64,000 bases of DNA from an uncultured Nitrospinota bacterium (GCA_963707985.1 CAVPRW010000048.1:32001-96000); one strand, 5' to 3'; counted from the stretch's first letter, positions 20,960-33,132 are shown. Notes: generated by a model from the sequence alone, not told the origin. Translations and numbers: made by a program.

Positions 20960-22103
20960 CAGTATTCATGCGGCTTCCAGGCTGAGGTCCCATGAAAGTC
21001 CGTGTAATTCCAGGTCTTTTGAGTTCAGGAAGCGCCAGTGATGCTTCAGGCTGAACACCATTTCTTCCATGGTGATGCGGCCCTTGCAGAGGATACGGGC
21101 GGTATAGAGCAGGACCAGGGCCGCCAACAGGCGCAAGACCAGATGGCCATAGTACGCATCTTCCCCATGGACCTGGCAGGCCTCCGTGGCCAACAGGTGC
21201 TTCAGTATCCGGAAGTAGTGTTCAATCCAGCTCCGCCGCTTCCAGGCTTGGATCAGGCGCGGCGCCGTCATGGGCGTGGCCAGACAGAGCCGATCATAGC
21301 GGTCCTCTCCCGGTTCATCGACAATGACCACGGTGACCCGCCCATACGTGGGGTTCGTCGCGGTCAGCCGAACATAGCGGACCCCTGGCCGCTGAGCGCT
21401 GTCATGCCAGGGCCAGTCAGCCTGGGTGAGCACGTCTCTGCCCTTGACCCGTCGTCCGTCGGGCAGCTGGAAAACATAGGTCCGCTTACCTTCCACGAGC
21501 AACGTTCCATGATGCAGGTGGGCCACATGGGCCAGCAGGTCGGCGTCTCCAAACCAGCTATCGGCCACCACCAGGGGCGGGGGCAACGGCATGCGCCGCC
21601 GCAGAGCCGCCCACGTCCGATCCAACATCACCTGCAGCCAGGTCAGCTTGTCGTCAGCACGGCCGCCCTGCACCCACCGGGTCGGGCCGGCGCACGGTGA
21701 AGTCCACTGGAATCACCAGCTTGCCTTCGCCAATCACCACCACCAGCAGCAGCCCATCGATCCCCCGCCGGACGCGATGTTCCTGGCCGCTCCACCAGGT
21801 CCCGACCAGCCCCAGCGGCTGCCCCCACTTCTTGAAGACGCGGTCATCGCCCACCCAGGTCCACTGCCACCGGCTGCGCGTCGCAGGGCTCTTGTCCTCG
21901 ACATGGTGCCACAGGCGCACCAGGAGGTCTTGGCTCCGCCGCTGCAACTGCTGGACCCACTTGCGCTTGGGCAGGGCACCGAGGAGCTTGGCCGGCAGGT
22001 TCTTGTCCCAGCCACGCACTCGCGTCAGCTCGTAGGCAGGTCTGGCAGCCAAACAGCGTGGGGAACATCACCCCGAAGATTTTTCCCAACAACTTTCCCA
22101 AGG
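20960..22103 (-). mobile_element. IS701/IS4-like transposase remnant, 5' truncated by IS66
   Basis: VVADSWFG, RRSWIEHYFRILKH motifs; frameshift near 21670. Confidence 0.8.
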
Positions 22104-23701
22104 GTAACTACTCAGCCTAGCCCATCATCGTTGGGATGAACGCGAACGTGACTGAAGGTTTGGAGAAGGAATGAAGGGGTTGCGGCCAACAGCGTCCCGG
22201 ATGGCTGCAAAGACGTGCTTGGAATGCTGACGCGCAGTGGAGATGTCACCGCGGATGCGACCGAAGCGCGCGGCACCCTCAAGCGTTCGGAAGCAGCCCG
22301 ATACCGTCTGTGTGACTTTCACCATACGCACATCCCGTGCCGCTTGGTTGTTGTCAAACGGCCCGCGCAAGTCGTCCATGAACGCGAAGACCTGCGCTTT
22401 GAAGTCGCGAAGCCGGATCCGCAGGTGACGCGGCGGCGTTTGTTGGCGGCGGCCTCTTGTGCGGCCCTCCTCCGCGGTGCCGGGCCGCGCTGGCAGGGGG
22501 GTGGCGTCAACTCCCTCTGGGACCCTCTCAGCGTCGCGCCGTTCAACGGCGGCCAGCCACTCCGGCGGCCAGCTGGTGGCCTGCGGGAGCGTGTCCGCCA
22601 GCGCGGCTTTGATCTCACACAGCAGTTCCGACATGTCGTTGGCCCAGGGTGGCTGATACGGGGGGTCGAGGCATTGACGCGCGCGCAGGTGGTGGGCCTT
22701 ACAGAGCCCCTGACGACAATCTGCATAGTTGAAGTACGATTGCCAATGGTCAGGCACGGCTGTCCCGGTGCATGCGCCCAGCATCCCTGCCTCATCCATC
22801 GCCTCGTGGCCGCGCTTGGCCTGCCCTGTCGACTGCGTCAGCCGATCGGTGCAGGCCACATGCCGCCCATGGCGTTGCCCTGGCACCCGAAGCCCTGACT
22901 CATCCACCGGCACTACCTCACCGTCACGCAACCGCTCTTTCACCGCCGCTCGTGAGCGCTCAAGGCACCCGGATAAGTCCTCGGCCGCCTTCAACACCGT
23001 CGCTTCACTGATCGGCTGATGCACCAAGTCTGCAAAAATCTGCGTGGTACGCTCCACCGGTAGGTGATGTGGGTTGGTGCAGGACACCGCCCAGGTCTGG
23101 ACTTCTCGGCCGTATTGCACGGCCTGCGTCACACCAGTGGGAAAGACCCCTGTGGGCGTCCTGCCACAGTGTGGACAGATCTTGAGGTCGGCGCGATGGG
23201 CCGTGACGACCAGCTGGCAGCGCCGGCATATCGCACACCTGACGCGCTTCATCCCCCATCGCCACGGTAGCCGACCAGGTCGCCGGACAAGGCGCACAGG
23301 TGTCCGCTGTCTGCGTCTCGGTGCGATCAGGATGCTCCGAGGCGGTCAGGGTATGGCCTGCATGGCCCGGCTGCCCGCCGTTGGGCTTGGCGCCGGACTG
23401 CCGTACGCTTTGGGTCCGTTTCGGCTGCGTCTAGCCGTCACTTGAGGGTGGTTGACTGCTGGTGCGGCTGTCCTGGGCCACCCGGGCTTGTACCGCCTGC
23501 AGCGCTGCACCTGGTTGGGCCCATGGCCGGGCAAGCTCTTCCACCTGGCCAGCGACATCATGGAACACGTGCCGCACCGCCGCCTCGCCCTTTTCCAAGG
23601 CAATCTGGATGGCTTCATCTGTAGGCATGCGAAAGTTCATGAGACAAAGCTTAAACCGACCTGCCCCTGTTTCGCAACTATTTGGGAAGCTGAGTAGTTA
23701 C
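22104..23701 (-). mobile_element. IS66-family element with degenerate transposase
   Basis: TIR GTAACTACTCAGC / GCTGAGTAGTTAC; VDESGLRV, CKAHHLR, PFDNNQAARDVRMVKV; no TSD. Confidence 0.9.
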
Positions 23702-26700
23702 GAATTAAGACCATATCCAGATGCTCGGGCCCCCACACCCTTTTTAGGATGGCCAATGCCCGCTGATATAGCGGCTCGGCTTTGGCATACTGATGTTGAT
23801 CGTTATACTCGACATTGGCCATTTTTGAGTAGGCAGGGAGGCGAGAGATGATCTCTCCCAAAGTTCATGCTATCGAAGGAGGACATCCTATCATGCCGCC
23901 CCTGCCCGAAGCGATCATACTGGTGTTGGCCCCGTTTGCACCACTCTTTTCGGAGCGCGTCTGGCGCCATGCCCAGGTCTTGACTCTTGGGGGCGATGCT
24001 CACGCCCGGGGCCCGCACGGTGACCAGCCGCCTTGCGGGTGATGGGCCTGGCGATGGAGCGCCACTTCACGAACGACCATCGGGTCCTGAACCGGGCCAC
24101 CTGGTCGGCCCTTCACGGGAGCCGGATTCTGTTGGGGCTGACTGATCACGTTCTTGGTCCCCAGGAGCGCAACGATCGTCTTCGGGGCGGACGACACGGT
24201 GGAACGTCGGCGCGGCCGCAAGCTCAGCGCCAAAGGCTGCTATCGTGATGCGGTACGCTCCAGCCAGAAGCACGTCATCCGCTGTTTCGGCCTGAAGTGG
24301 GTCTCGATGATGCTCTTGGTGCCGGTGCCCTGGAGCCGGCGGGTGTGGGCGCTGCCGTTTCTCACCGCCCTGTGCTGGCCCACAGCGCAGGGCAAGCGAC
24401 GACGGCATAAACCCAGTGTCGATTGGGTCCGGCAGATGATGAAGCCAGCGCGGCGCTGGCTGCCGGGGCGACGCCTGGTCCTGGTCGTCGATGGGGGCTT
24501 TGCCGCGGTGTCGCTGGCCCTGGCCTGTGTCAAACGCAAAGTCGTCATGGTCTCCCGCTTGCGCTGGGATGCGGCGCTTTATCACCTGCCGGGACCGCAG
24601 CCCCCAGGCACGCGCGGCCCGAAACCCCCAAGGGGAAGCGCCAACGGAGCTTGCAGGGCTGGGCGGAGCGCTCTGATACCCCGTGGGAGACGGTGGAGGT
24701 GGACTGGTAGAAGGGCGAGCGCAAAACGTTGTGGGTCTTCTCGCGGACCGCCCTGTGGTAGACGCCGCGCCAGCCTCCGGTGGCCATCCGCTACCTCCTG
24801 GTGGCGGACCCGGAGGGGAAGCTGCGGATGGAAGCCTTTTTCTGTACCGACCTGGAGGCGACGCTGGTGGAGATCCTGCAGTGGGTGGTCATGCGCTGGT
24901 CGGTTGAGGTCACCTTTGAAGAAGCCCGCGCCCATCTCTGGCTTCGAGACCCAACGCCAGTGGTCGGACAAGGCCATCGCCCGCACCACCCCTGTCCTGT
25001 TGGGCACTGTTCTCGCTGGTCACCCTGCTGGCCCTGCGGTTGAGCCAGAGCGATCCGATTCCAGTGCCGACGACGGCATGGTATCGCAAACTGGAGCCAA
25101 CCTTTGCGGACTGTCTGGCGTTGGTGCGTCGGCATCTCTGGCGCGCCCGGTATGTGGTATACTCTACTCCCGAAGCAGAGTGCATGCAATTCCCTCGAGA
25201 GGTTCTTGACCTCTTGATCTATGGCGTCCCGTTAGCAGCTTGATTGGCCAAAGTCGGGTTATAGAGTGTCGCGAAATTATTGAGGGTGGCGCTCAGGTCC
25301 GGATGTTCAGGTCCCAGCATTTTCTCCTGGATCGCCACTGCTCTCAGATAGAGCGGCTCAGCCTCCACATAGCGGCCCTGGTTTTGATAAACCCGAGCGA
25401 GGTTGTTGAGAATTAAAGCTAAGTTCGGATGCTCCGACCCTAATCTCTTCTGCTGGATGGCCAGCGCCCTCGTGAGGAGCGGCTCGGCCTGGGTATACAG
25501 ACTGCGTGCGTAATAGGATATCGCCAGGTTAGTGAGGATTATAGCGACAGTTGGATGTTCGGGTCCCAGCACTTTCTCATCGATGGCTAACGCCTGCCGT
25601 AAGAGCGGCTCGGCCTCACCATGATAGCCCTGCTCTTGATAAAGCCGGAAGAGGTTGTTAAGGGTTAGAGCAAGGTCCGGATCTTCTGGCCCTAATGCCT
25701 TCTGCTGGATGGCCAGCGCCCGCTGCAACAGGGGCTCGGCCCGGTGATACTCACGGCGTGCGTGATAGACCCCCGCCAGGGAATTGAGGCTTCTAGCCAT
25801 GACCCAATGCTCAGGCCCCACCACCTTCTCTAAAATAGTGATCGTTCGCTGCAAGAATAGCTCGGCTTGCCCATACTCAGCGCGCATGTAATAGACCCCC
25901 GCCAAGTTGCTGAGGGTCAAGGCCACATCCGGATGTTCGGGCCCTAGCACTTTCTTCTGGATCGCGACCGCCCGCTGCAAGAGTGACTCGGCCTCGGGAT
26001 AACGGCCCTGGTCTAAATAAAGCCTGGCCAGGGTGATCAGGCTTATGGTAATGTCTCGGTGCTCAGGTCCCAGCACCTTCTCGTGGATGGCCAAGGCACG
26101 TGCGAGGGGCGGCTCGCTGTCTCCATAATCACCTGCTTCGTAAGAGGCAAATCCCCAGTAGTGGAGATAGGTAGCGAGCGTCACGTCTGCCCCTTCCGCG
26201 ACAAATTCGACTAAATCAGCGGCTTGGCGGTAGTAGCTCGCCGCCTCGCTAAAATTCAACTGAGTTTCTTTTAACCCACCAATGGCGGCCATGGAGGCCG
26301 CCGCCGATAGTAGGTGCTTCGCGGATATTGTATCGGATTGCTGAGCGCCCTTAAGATCCTTTATAGCCGCCTCGGTCAAAAGCTTTTCTGCTTGCGCAAG
26401 ATCTCCTGCATTCAAGGCTTTGCTGGCCTCACGCTTCAGATCTATGACTGCAGGATCATTAGAGGTAACGGGCTGGGACTTGCACAGCTCTGATTTCTGC
26501 AGATCTGCATCTTCTCGGCATACCAGAGTAATTGCATCTTGCACAGTTTCTGCTTTCATAGGCATCCAGTAATCATGAATAACGAGAAAACTAATCCTTT
26601 TTTGATAATTGGCAATGCCAAGGCGGCTAAGCCCTTTTTCAATTTTCCTAAGAGCCAAATTCTCCGAAGTAGTTGAATACTCTATATCGAGTAGCGCTGC

Positions 26701-26896
26701 TGTAATTTGAAACCAAGAGCGATCATTAAGTGGGGGTAATCGGAAATGAGTTTTCGAATTTGCCTTGATGGGAACTCCATCAAGTTCTCTAAAATCACCG
26801 ATAGGCATATAAAAACGATTCCCTCCAGGTAGAACTACATTCCCATTATCTACAGTCGCGACCACCTCTTTAGTTGTTCTCGCTAGAAGAAATTGC
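23702..26896 (-). pseudogene. Tetratricopeptide-repeat (kinesin light chain-like) protein split by an IS701-like element and clipped by MITE and IS66
   Basis: Repeated AEPLxxRALAIxEKVLGPEHP units; removing 23808..25263 restores the frame ATLY-NDQHQYAKAEPL. Confidence 0.88.
23808..25258 (+). mobile_element. IS701-like element with disrupted transposase
   Basis: TIR CTCGACATTGGCCA / TGGCCAAAGTCGGG; TSD TTATA at 23803-23807 and 25259-25263; ADDTVERR, VVDGGFA, RWSVEVTFEE. Confidence 0.9.
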
Positions 26897-27006
26897 AGTT
26901 CTGTCGCAAATTGCGATTTTAGGGGCAAAATCCGAAAATCGAGTATCCGCAATTCAACGACTTACAGACCTCAAAACTCGCGAAAAAGCAAATTTGCGAC
27001 AGAACC
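26897..27006 (+). mobile_element. 110-bp IS6-type MITE, copy 4 (1 difference from copy 2)
   Basis: AGTTCTGTCGCAAATTGCG...TTTGCGACAGAACC. Confidence 0.92.
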
Positions 27007-27087
27007 GTGGTCGCCGCTCGTGACTCCTCGCAAGTCTCCCAGCATCCCATCGTTTCCCCACACTGATCGCCGACCTCACCCCACCAC

Positions 27088-28200
27088 ATGGCGAGGTCCC
27101 TGGCCGTGCCATGCGGACGACTGGCCTCGCGGCAGGAGGACGATGTGTGTTCGGCGAGACACACGGCACGTAGAAAGGAGCGCTGTCCACACGCGGATGC
27201 TGACGCGGTCATTGTGTCACCGTATCATTGGAAAATTCCTGCTGAGGAGGCCCCGCATCGCTTCTTCAACACGTGTACGATCGAGGAGATCATCGAGGCG
27301 CGCCCGCGTGATGCATGGGTCGAACAGCGGGTGCTGCAAGGCTTCCCCGCTGGATACACCACCGTCACGCGAGAGCGGAATGAGGTATTCGTGTTCTACG
27401 GAACGGAAGATCCTTCCACGTGTACGGACGAGGCCGAACTCGCGGGGCGATGCACCTTTGGCCCGATGACGGCCAAGATCGATGCCGACACGTTCACGGT
27501 CGTTGGGAAGAAACTCCTGTACAACACAAAGGTCCTGAACGCCTGGGACTAGGTCGGTGGAGTTGGGGTTCACGCGAATGGGTTCTTGTACACGATCGCG
27601 GACAATCGGGCCTTCAAACAAGACCCCGACACGGGAGAAATCCTCGCGACCACGATGCTCCCGACCCCGGACAACAACGGGCAGACGCCACAGGATACGA
27701 TCTACAACGGCTTCATCGTCTTGAGGGACGGAAAGTTGGTCACCAAGCAGGTGACCCGAAAGAAAAGCCGTACGTTGCAGGGGATCCAGGCGCTGTTGAA
27801 TTGCCCTGATTTTTCGATTCCTGCATACCTCACAGTGCTGGATCCGGACACGTTGAAGATTCTCTCGACCACCGCGGCCCCCCAAACTGCTCTTGGACGC
27901 ATCACGAGCGCGGTGTTCGAGGGCCAGGAGTACGTGTACCTGCCGGACGCGGACCCCCAACGACCCGAATGCCGACGAGCCGATGGATTCCAGGCCCTCG
28001 AGGACGTACCGCTTCGTGTATGACAAGAGCACCAATGCCCTGACGCTCGACCCGGACTTCACGCCCGTCCCCTACGTTCGGTTCATAGGGCAGAAGCCGG
28101 GAACAGCGGTCGCAGTCATGGGCGACTACGCGATCGTGCAGACCAATTACGTGCTCAAAGCGGAACATGACCTCGGAATCACTGTTTTCTCGCAAACCGG
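27088..28200 (+). pseudogene. Hypothetical beta-rich protein remnant
   Basis: One reading frame broken by TAG at 27550 and a frameshift near 27960. Confidence 0.5.
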
Positions 28201-28207
28201 GTGTGGC

Positions 28208-28740
28208 ATGATTGCCGGTGCAGGACGTTGGCTTTTGGTCGAAGCAGAGGAGATCAGAGCGCTGGTCGACGGTCGCAAAACACGGAAGCGGGGGGTGATC
28301 ACCGCGGGATTGTTGTGCCCCTTCGGGAAACCCGGCGATCTGCTGTGGGTAAGAGAGAGCTGCGGGCAAGACCGGAGAGATAGAAGGGTAGTGGTCTATG
28401 AGGCGACCCCGGATTGTTGCCGAGGTGCGGACGGGGTGATCCGTGATGAACCTGACGAGGGACGGCTGGACGCCTTGAAACACCACAGGTGCTGGAAGCG
28501 GGTCAGAGCCCTCGGCATGCCCAGATCGGCCTCGCGCCTGACGCTCGAAATCACCGCTATCCGGGCCGGGTGGGTGCAGGGGATTTCAGAAGCGGATGCC
28601 AGGGCAGAGGGTTTTGCCGCGGTTTCGGAGTATCGGCGCTGTTGGGAAGGATGGTGTCTGTGGCACCAAAACCTCCCGGTCTGGATCCTGACCTTCATCG
28701 TCCACCAGCGCCACGTGACGGAGGTGGAGCCTTCAGCGGA
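28208..28740 (+). pseudogene. Phage-type ASCH/PUA-like protein remnant
   Basis: GRKTRKR, CPFGKPGDLLWVRE, MPRSASRLTLEIT..ISEADARAEG, VWILTF. Confidence 0.7.
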
Positions 28741-29195
28741 TAGGAACCGTGGGAAAGATAAAACGGGGCTGCTCTTTTCCTATGGTCCGGTGTCTCGGCG
28801 GCGAACGTATTGTCGGATCTTGATGTCGGGCTGGTCCCGGGCCTGGCCTGACGCGTGCCTCTATCCTGGTCGTGGAAAGAGATGATGATATCCCGCCCCC
28901 GACCCTCTACCGGCACTGTCCTCAAACCGCGTCATGATTTTGTTGACCTCAGTGCGGACGTCAGCCAACCGTGTTGGTTCATCGTCACCCAGCAAATTCA
29001 CAGAAGTGAGCTGTTACCTGGTGGAAGCCTCGTCCTGGTGGTGTGTCGCGTGGGTGCTGGTGCAGCTGGCCTCGACTCAACACGGTCGAGTTCATTCCGC
29101 ACCGAGGTCAAGGTAATTTTGACGGGGGCTGAGAGGTCACGTATGGGTTGGAACGCCCGAGGTGCTGACACACCTGGGGCGTTCTGTTTGTTTGC

Positions 29196-29423
29196 CTAGG
29201 ACGCCACAGCTTTCACCAGCTTCGGCTCATAGGCCTGGCGCTGGTTCCTGCACTGGCACGCCTCGACGAAGGCGTCCACGTCCGACTGAAGCACGTAGCC
29301 GGTTCCCTCCAATTGGACATGCGGCATCGTACCTACCGCCAACCATCTTCGGAACGTGATCGGCGTCACATGGATCTGCTTGGCCGCATCCTCGTCTGTG
29401 ACGTATCTTCCGTCTGGAAGCAT
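29196..29423 (-). CDS. Excisionase-like HTH DNA-binding protein
   Basis: EDAAKQIHVTPITFRRWL..G..P...SDVDAF; RBS AGGAGG. Confidence 0.7.
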   Translation of the reverse strand: MLPDGRYVTDEDAAKQIHVTPITFRRWLAVGTMPHVQLEGTGYVLQSDVDAFVEACQCRNQRQAYEPKLVKAVAS

Positions 29424-30479
29424 CGCCCTTCCTCCTTTCCCCTGAAATGTGATGAGCTACACCACCGCGCAAGTTTGCCTCACGTGTCTCGCCTGTGCAA
29501 GAAAATTCTGCATATCCCTATGGCTCTGCATGGATACCCTCGGCCTCAGGGCGGCTTCGCGAGCCACATCTGTTACGAAAATTATGACGCGGACAGGCCG
29601 CATCCGATTTCGTGACACGTTATCGCTTCTATGCGCGGTCCGCGACTGTGCGCATCGACCACACCGTGATTCGCACGGAGAACGACGGCTCCAAGATCGC
29701 TTCGCTGGTGTTCATCCCGACGACGTCGCCTTCCGGCAGCGTCCGCTACGGCCTCGACGGCGCCATACTCAGCACATCAGCTGCGATCGATCTTCGACAA
29801 CACAATTCGGACAGCGTCGTCGACCCACTCTGGGCCCAGATCGGCACGAGGCTCGATGGTTGGGTGGAGAAGAAGAGCGGCACGCGCGGACAGTTCATCG
29901 GCCTCAGGTGGCCATGGCAGCAGTATCCAACCCGAATCACCACCTTCTTCACCCCTCCACCGAGCAGCGTCCTGTTGCCCAGGGTGCACCTGATCGGACC
30001 CGGGTGCCCGATGGGACCTCGAGGTTGAGGACCACGTGATCCCGCCGCTCAGTGGTTACACCAACGCTCAGTGGGACATTGCCAAGAGGAAGGCTCCGTT
30101 CCTGAACGCGGACAATGGACCTCGGATCAGCCCGATTGGTGTGGGGAAAACCTATGAGCTAATGTTTTGGGAGGCTGGCACGTCAGACCCCACGTTTGGT
30201 TTGGCGCCTGCGGTTCGAAACACGCTCCTCCAGCATCCGATCTATGCCTACGTCGATCCGCAGTGGGTCGTGAAGGCCGAACTTCCTGGGCCCAATGCCG
30301 CCAAAGCGCCGCTCTCGGACCCTACAATCGAGACGGCACTCGACGCGTCATTCGACTGGATGACGCGCCAGTGAAAGGACGAGTTCGACGAAAAACGATT
30401 CATCTGTACCCAGTGCCGGAAGACCTTCACCATCACCAAAGGCACGGCGTCGTCCCGTCTGCGGACTCCGGCTGCGACG

Positions 30480-30890
30480 GTGCCCCGCGTGGTCACGCTG
30501 ATGGCACATGGCTGCCCACGACAGGTCATCGTCGTCACGTGCGGGGTGGAGGCGCGGACCGTCGCGCATGCGTTGCGGCGGGCGGGCGTCCAGGGGCAAG
30601 CGGTGCAGGAACATGGGGTCGAGCCACCCCGGGATCGCGGGCCGGTGCAAGCCGACGAGCGCCGCGTCAAGACACCAGGTGGCGTCGTGTGGATGGGGCT
30701 GGCGAGGCTGGTCAGCACCCGCGTGTGACGGGCGGGTGCAGTCAGCGAGCCGCGTGACATGACGCTGATTCGGCGCCTGAGCGAGCGGGTGTGCGCCTGG
30801 GCCCTGCCTTGCCCCCTGCTGTTCTGTCCGGATGGGGTGGGGTCCGATATTCGAGCCGGTCGGGAGTCATGCCGTGCGCCTCTGGCATAC
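30480..30890 (+). pseudogene. IS1-like transposase fragment, degenerate
   Basis: VVTLMAHGCP, VQADERRVK..GGVVW, RDMTLIRRL, LFCPDG. Confidence 0.6.
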
Positions 30891-30920
30891 TCTCTGCCTA
30901 GCGCCGGTGAGGAAATGGTC

Positions 30921-31327
30921 ATGAACCCGGTCGTTCACTTTGAGATACCATACGAGAATCGGCAACGGATGGCGACATTTTATGGGTCAGCGTTCGGTTG
31001 GCAAACGCGATGCTGGGCGAGGAGATGGGCAACTACGTACTGGCCACGATCACGGAAGCCGACGAGAACGGCCCCAAAACACCCGGCGCGATTAACGGCG
31101 GGTGTTTCCAGAAACGACCCGATTGGCCGGGACAATATCCGTCCGTCGTGATCGCCGTGGACGATATTCAAGCATCGATCAGGAAAGTCACGGACGCGGG
31201 CGGCCATGTGCTCGGCGACCCGATGGAGATCCCAGGTATGGGGCAATATGTCTCGTTCACCGACACCGAGGGCAACCGGGTGAGTATGATCCAGCCTGTC
31301 CCGCGCCATGGGGCGAAGGCGGAGTAG
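30921..31327 (+). CDS. VOC/glyoxalase-family protein (frameshift near 31005)
   Basis: MNPVVHFEIP, PGAINGG, AVDDIQAS, FTDTEGNRVS. Confidence 0.85.
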
Positions 31328-31542
31328 CGCGGGCGGGAAGGCGGCAGGAGAGCCGAAGCGATGCGGGCGGTGGAAAAGGTCATGTGAATGGCCTATACTC
31401 CCTGTTGAAGACATCCCGTTAAACGTCCTCAGTGCTCCTGCGATGGCTGTGACAGGCTCGCATCCGACACTGATGGCTCCGCGGACTGGGCAGGCACGCG
31501 ATCCTGGTCACACGTGAGAGGTATCCGGAAGGAGGCACGTGT

Positions 31543-33131
31543 ATGACGTCTGAGCCCCATGGGCAGAGGGTATGGTCTCGCCGTTGGTTTCTCCAGAATA
31601 CCCTGGCTGGCGTGGCGGGATGGGCGACCTGGCACGGGTGGCCATCCCGCCACCGGGCCATGGCGCAAAAAGGTGCCCCCACCGGGCAGATGACGTGGGC
31701 GATGCACATCACCCTGGCGCCGACGTGGTTTGATCCGGCGGAGACCGGGGCGTTGCTTACCCTCTATATCTGCCTCTATGCCCTGCATGATGCGCTGGTG
31801 AAACCCATGCCTGACGGGCAGCTGTCGCCCTGCCTCGCGACCCAGTGGCGCGAGAGCGAGGATGGGTTGACCTACGATTTCGAGCTGCGCCAAGGCGTCA
31901 AGTTCCACAATGGCGATCCCTTTACCGCTGAAGACGTCACGTTTAGCTTTGAGCGCTACAAAGGGGCGGGTGCGGCGGAACTGAAGAAGCAGGTCAAGGC
32001 CATCGAGATTGTCAATCCGCACCACATCCGGTTTGTGCTCCATGAGCCCTGGCCGGATTTTTTGACCTTCTACGCCACCCCGGCCACGGCCGCGGGCTGG
32101 ATTGTCCCGAAGAACTATACGGAGAAGATCGGAAACGACGCCTTTAAAAATCATCCCGTGGGCCTGGGACCGTATCGCTTCGTGCGTTACAACCCTGGCG
32201 TCGAACTCGTGCTGGAAGCCTACCCGGACTATTGGCGCAAGACGCCCGCGGTGAAGCGTCTGGTGTTCAAGAGCGTGCCGGAACCCACGACGCGACTGGC
32301 CATGCTCAAACACCAGGAAGCCGACGTGACCTACGCCATCTATGGGACGCTCGGGGAAGAGGTCCAACGCGATAAGACCCTGAAGTTGGAACCCACGCTG
32401 GCGGGCACCGAGTGGGGCATCTTTGTCGATATGTATGATCCCGCCTCCCCCTGGCATGATCCGCGGGTCCGGCTGGCGGCGAATCACGCCGTCAACCGCC
32501 AGGCCATCAACGAGGCCGAGACCCTGGGCTATTCGAAGCTGCTGGGGGGGATTATCCCCCAGACGTATGACTTTGCCCTGCCCTTGGAGCCGTATGCGTA
32601 CGATCCCCAAGAAATCGAAAACCTTGCTCACCGCGGCGGGCTATCCGCAGGGGTTCGACGCCGGGGAGTTCTCGTGTGATGCCGTGTATGCCGGCGTGAT
32701 CGAGGGGGTGGTGAACGATCTGGCAGGCGGTAGGGATTCGGGCCAAGGTCCAGGCGCGTGAACGGGCGGCCATGCAAACCGCCCAGCGCGAGAAAAAGGT
32801 GAAAAACCTGACCCGGATGGGCAGCGGGGCCCCCGGGAACGCGGCCACGCGGATCGAAGCGTTTATGTCCAGTACAGGGATACAGTCGTTCCTCAAGGAC
32901 CCCGACATTGATCAGTGGTTCGAGCAGCAGTCACGAGAACGCGACCGCACGAAGCGTGAGGCGCTGCTGCACAAGATTCAACAGAAGGTCTATGACGAAG
33001 CCTACTTCCTCCCGATCTGGCAGCTGGGCTTTCTGTGTGTCACCGGCCCACGGGTGGCGGTATCAGGATTGGGACTGATTCCCGGCCATATCTACTCGGC
33101 CCCCTATGAAGATGTCCAGTTGAAGGCGTAA
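31543..33131 (+). CDS. Peptide/nickel ABC substrate-binding protein (family 5), Tat-like signal, frameshifted
   Basis: SRRWFL, LRQGVKFHNGDPFTAEDV, PVGLGPYRFV. Confidence 0.88.
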
Positions 33132-33132
33132 G

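Noticed and set aside
25219..26952. 577-aa TPR ORF as an intact gene
   Set aside because: Its N-terminus is translated MITE sequence and its C-terminus is IS701-like terminal sequence.
11106..27006. 110-bp repeats as a CRISPR array or ncRNA family
   Set aside because: Copies are kilobases apart, in both orientations, have IS-type TIRs, and no cas genes or spacers are present.
29590..30374. Fragmented ORFs as a polysaccharide lyase
   Set aside because: The resemblance is only vague and the frames are broken; it cannot be supported without a search.
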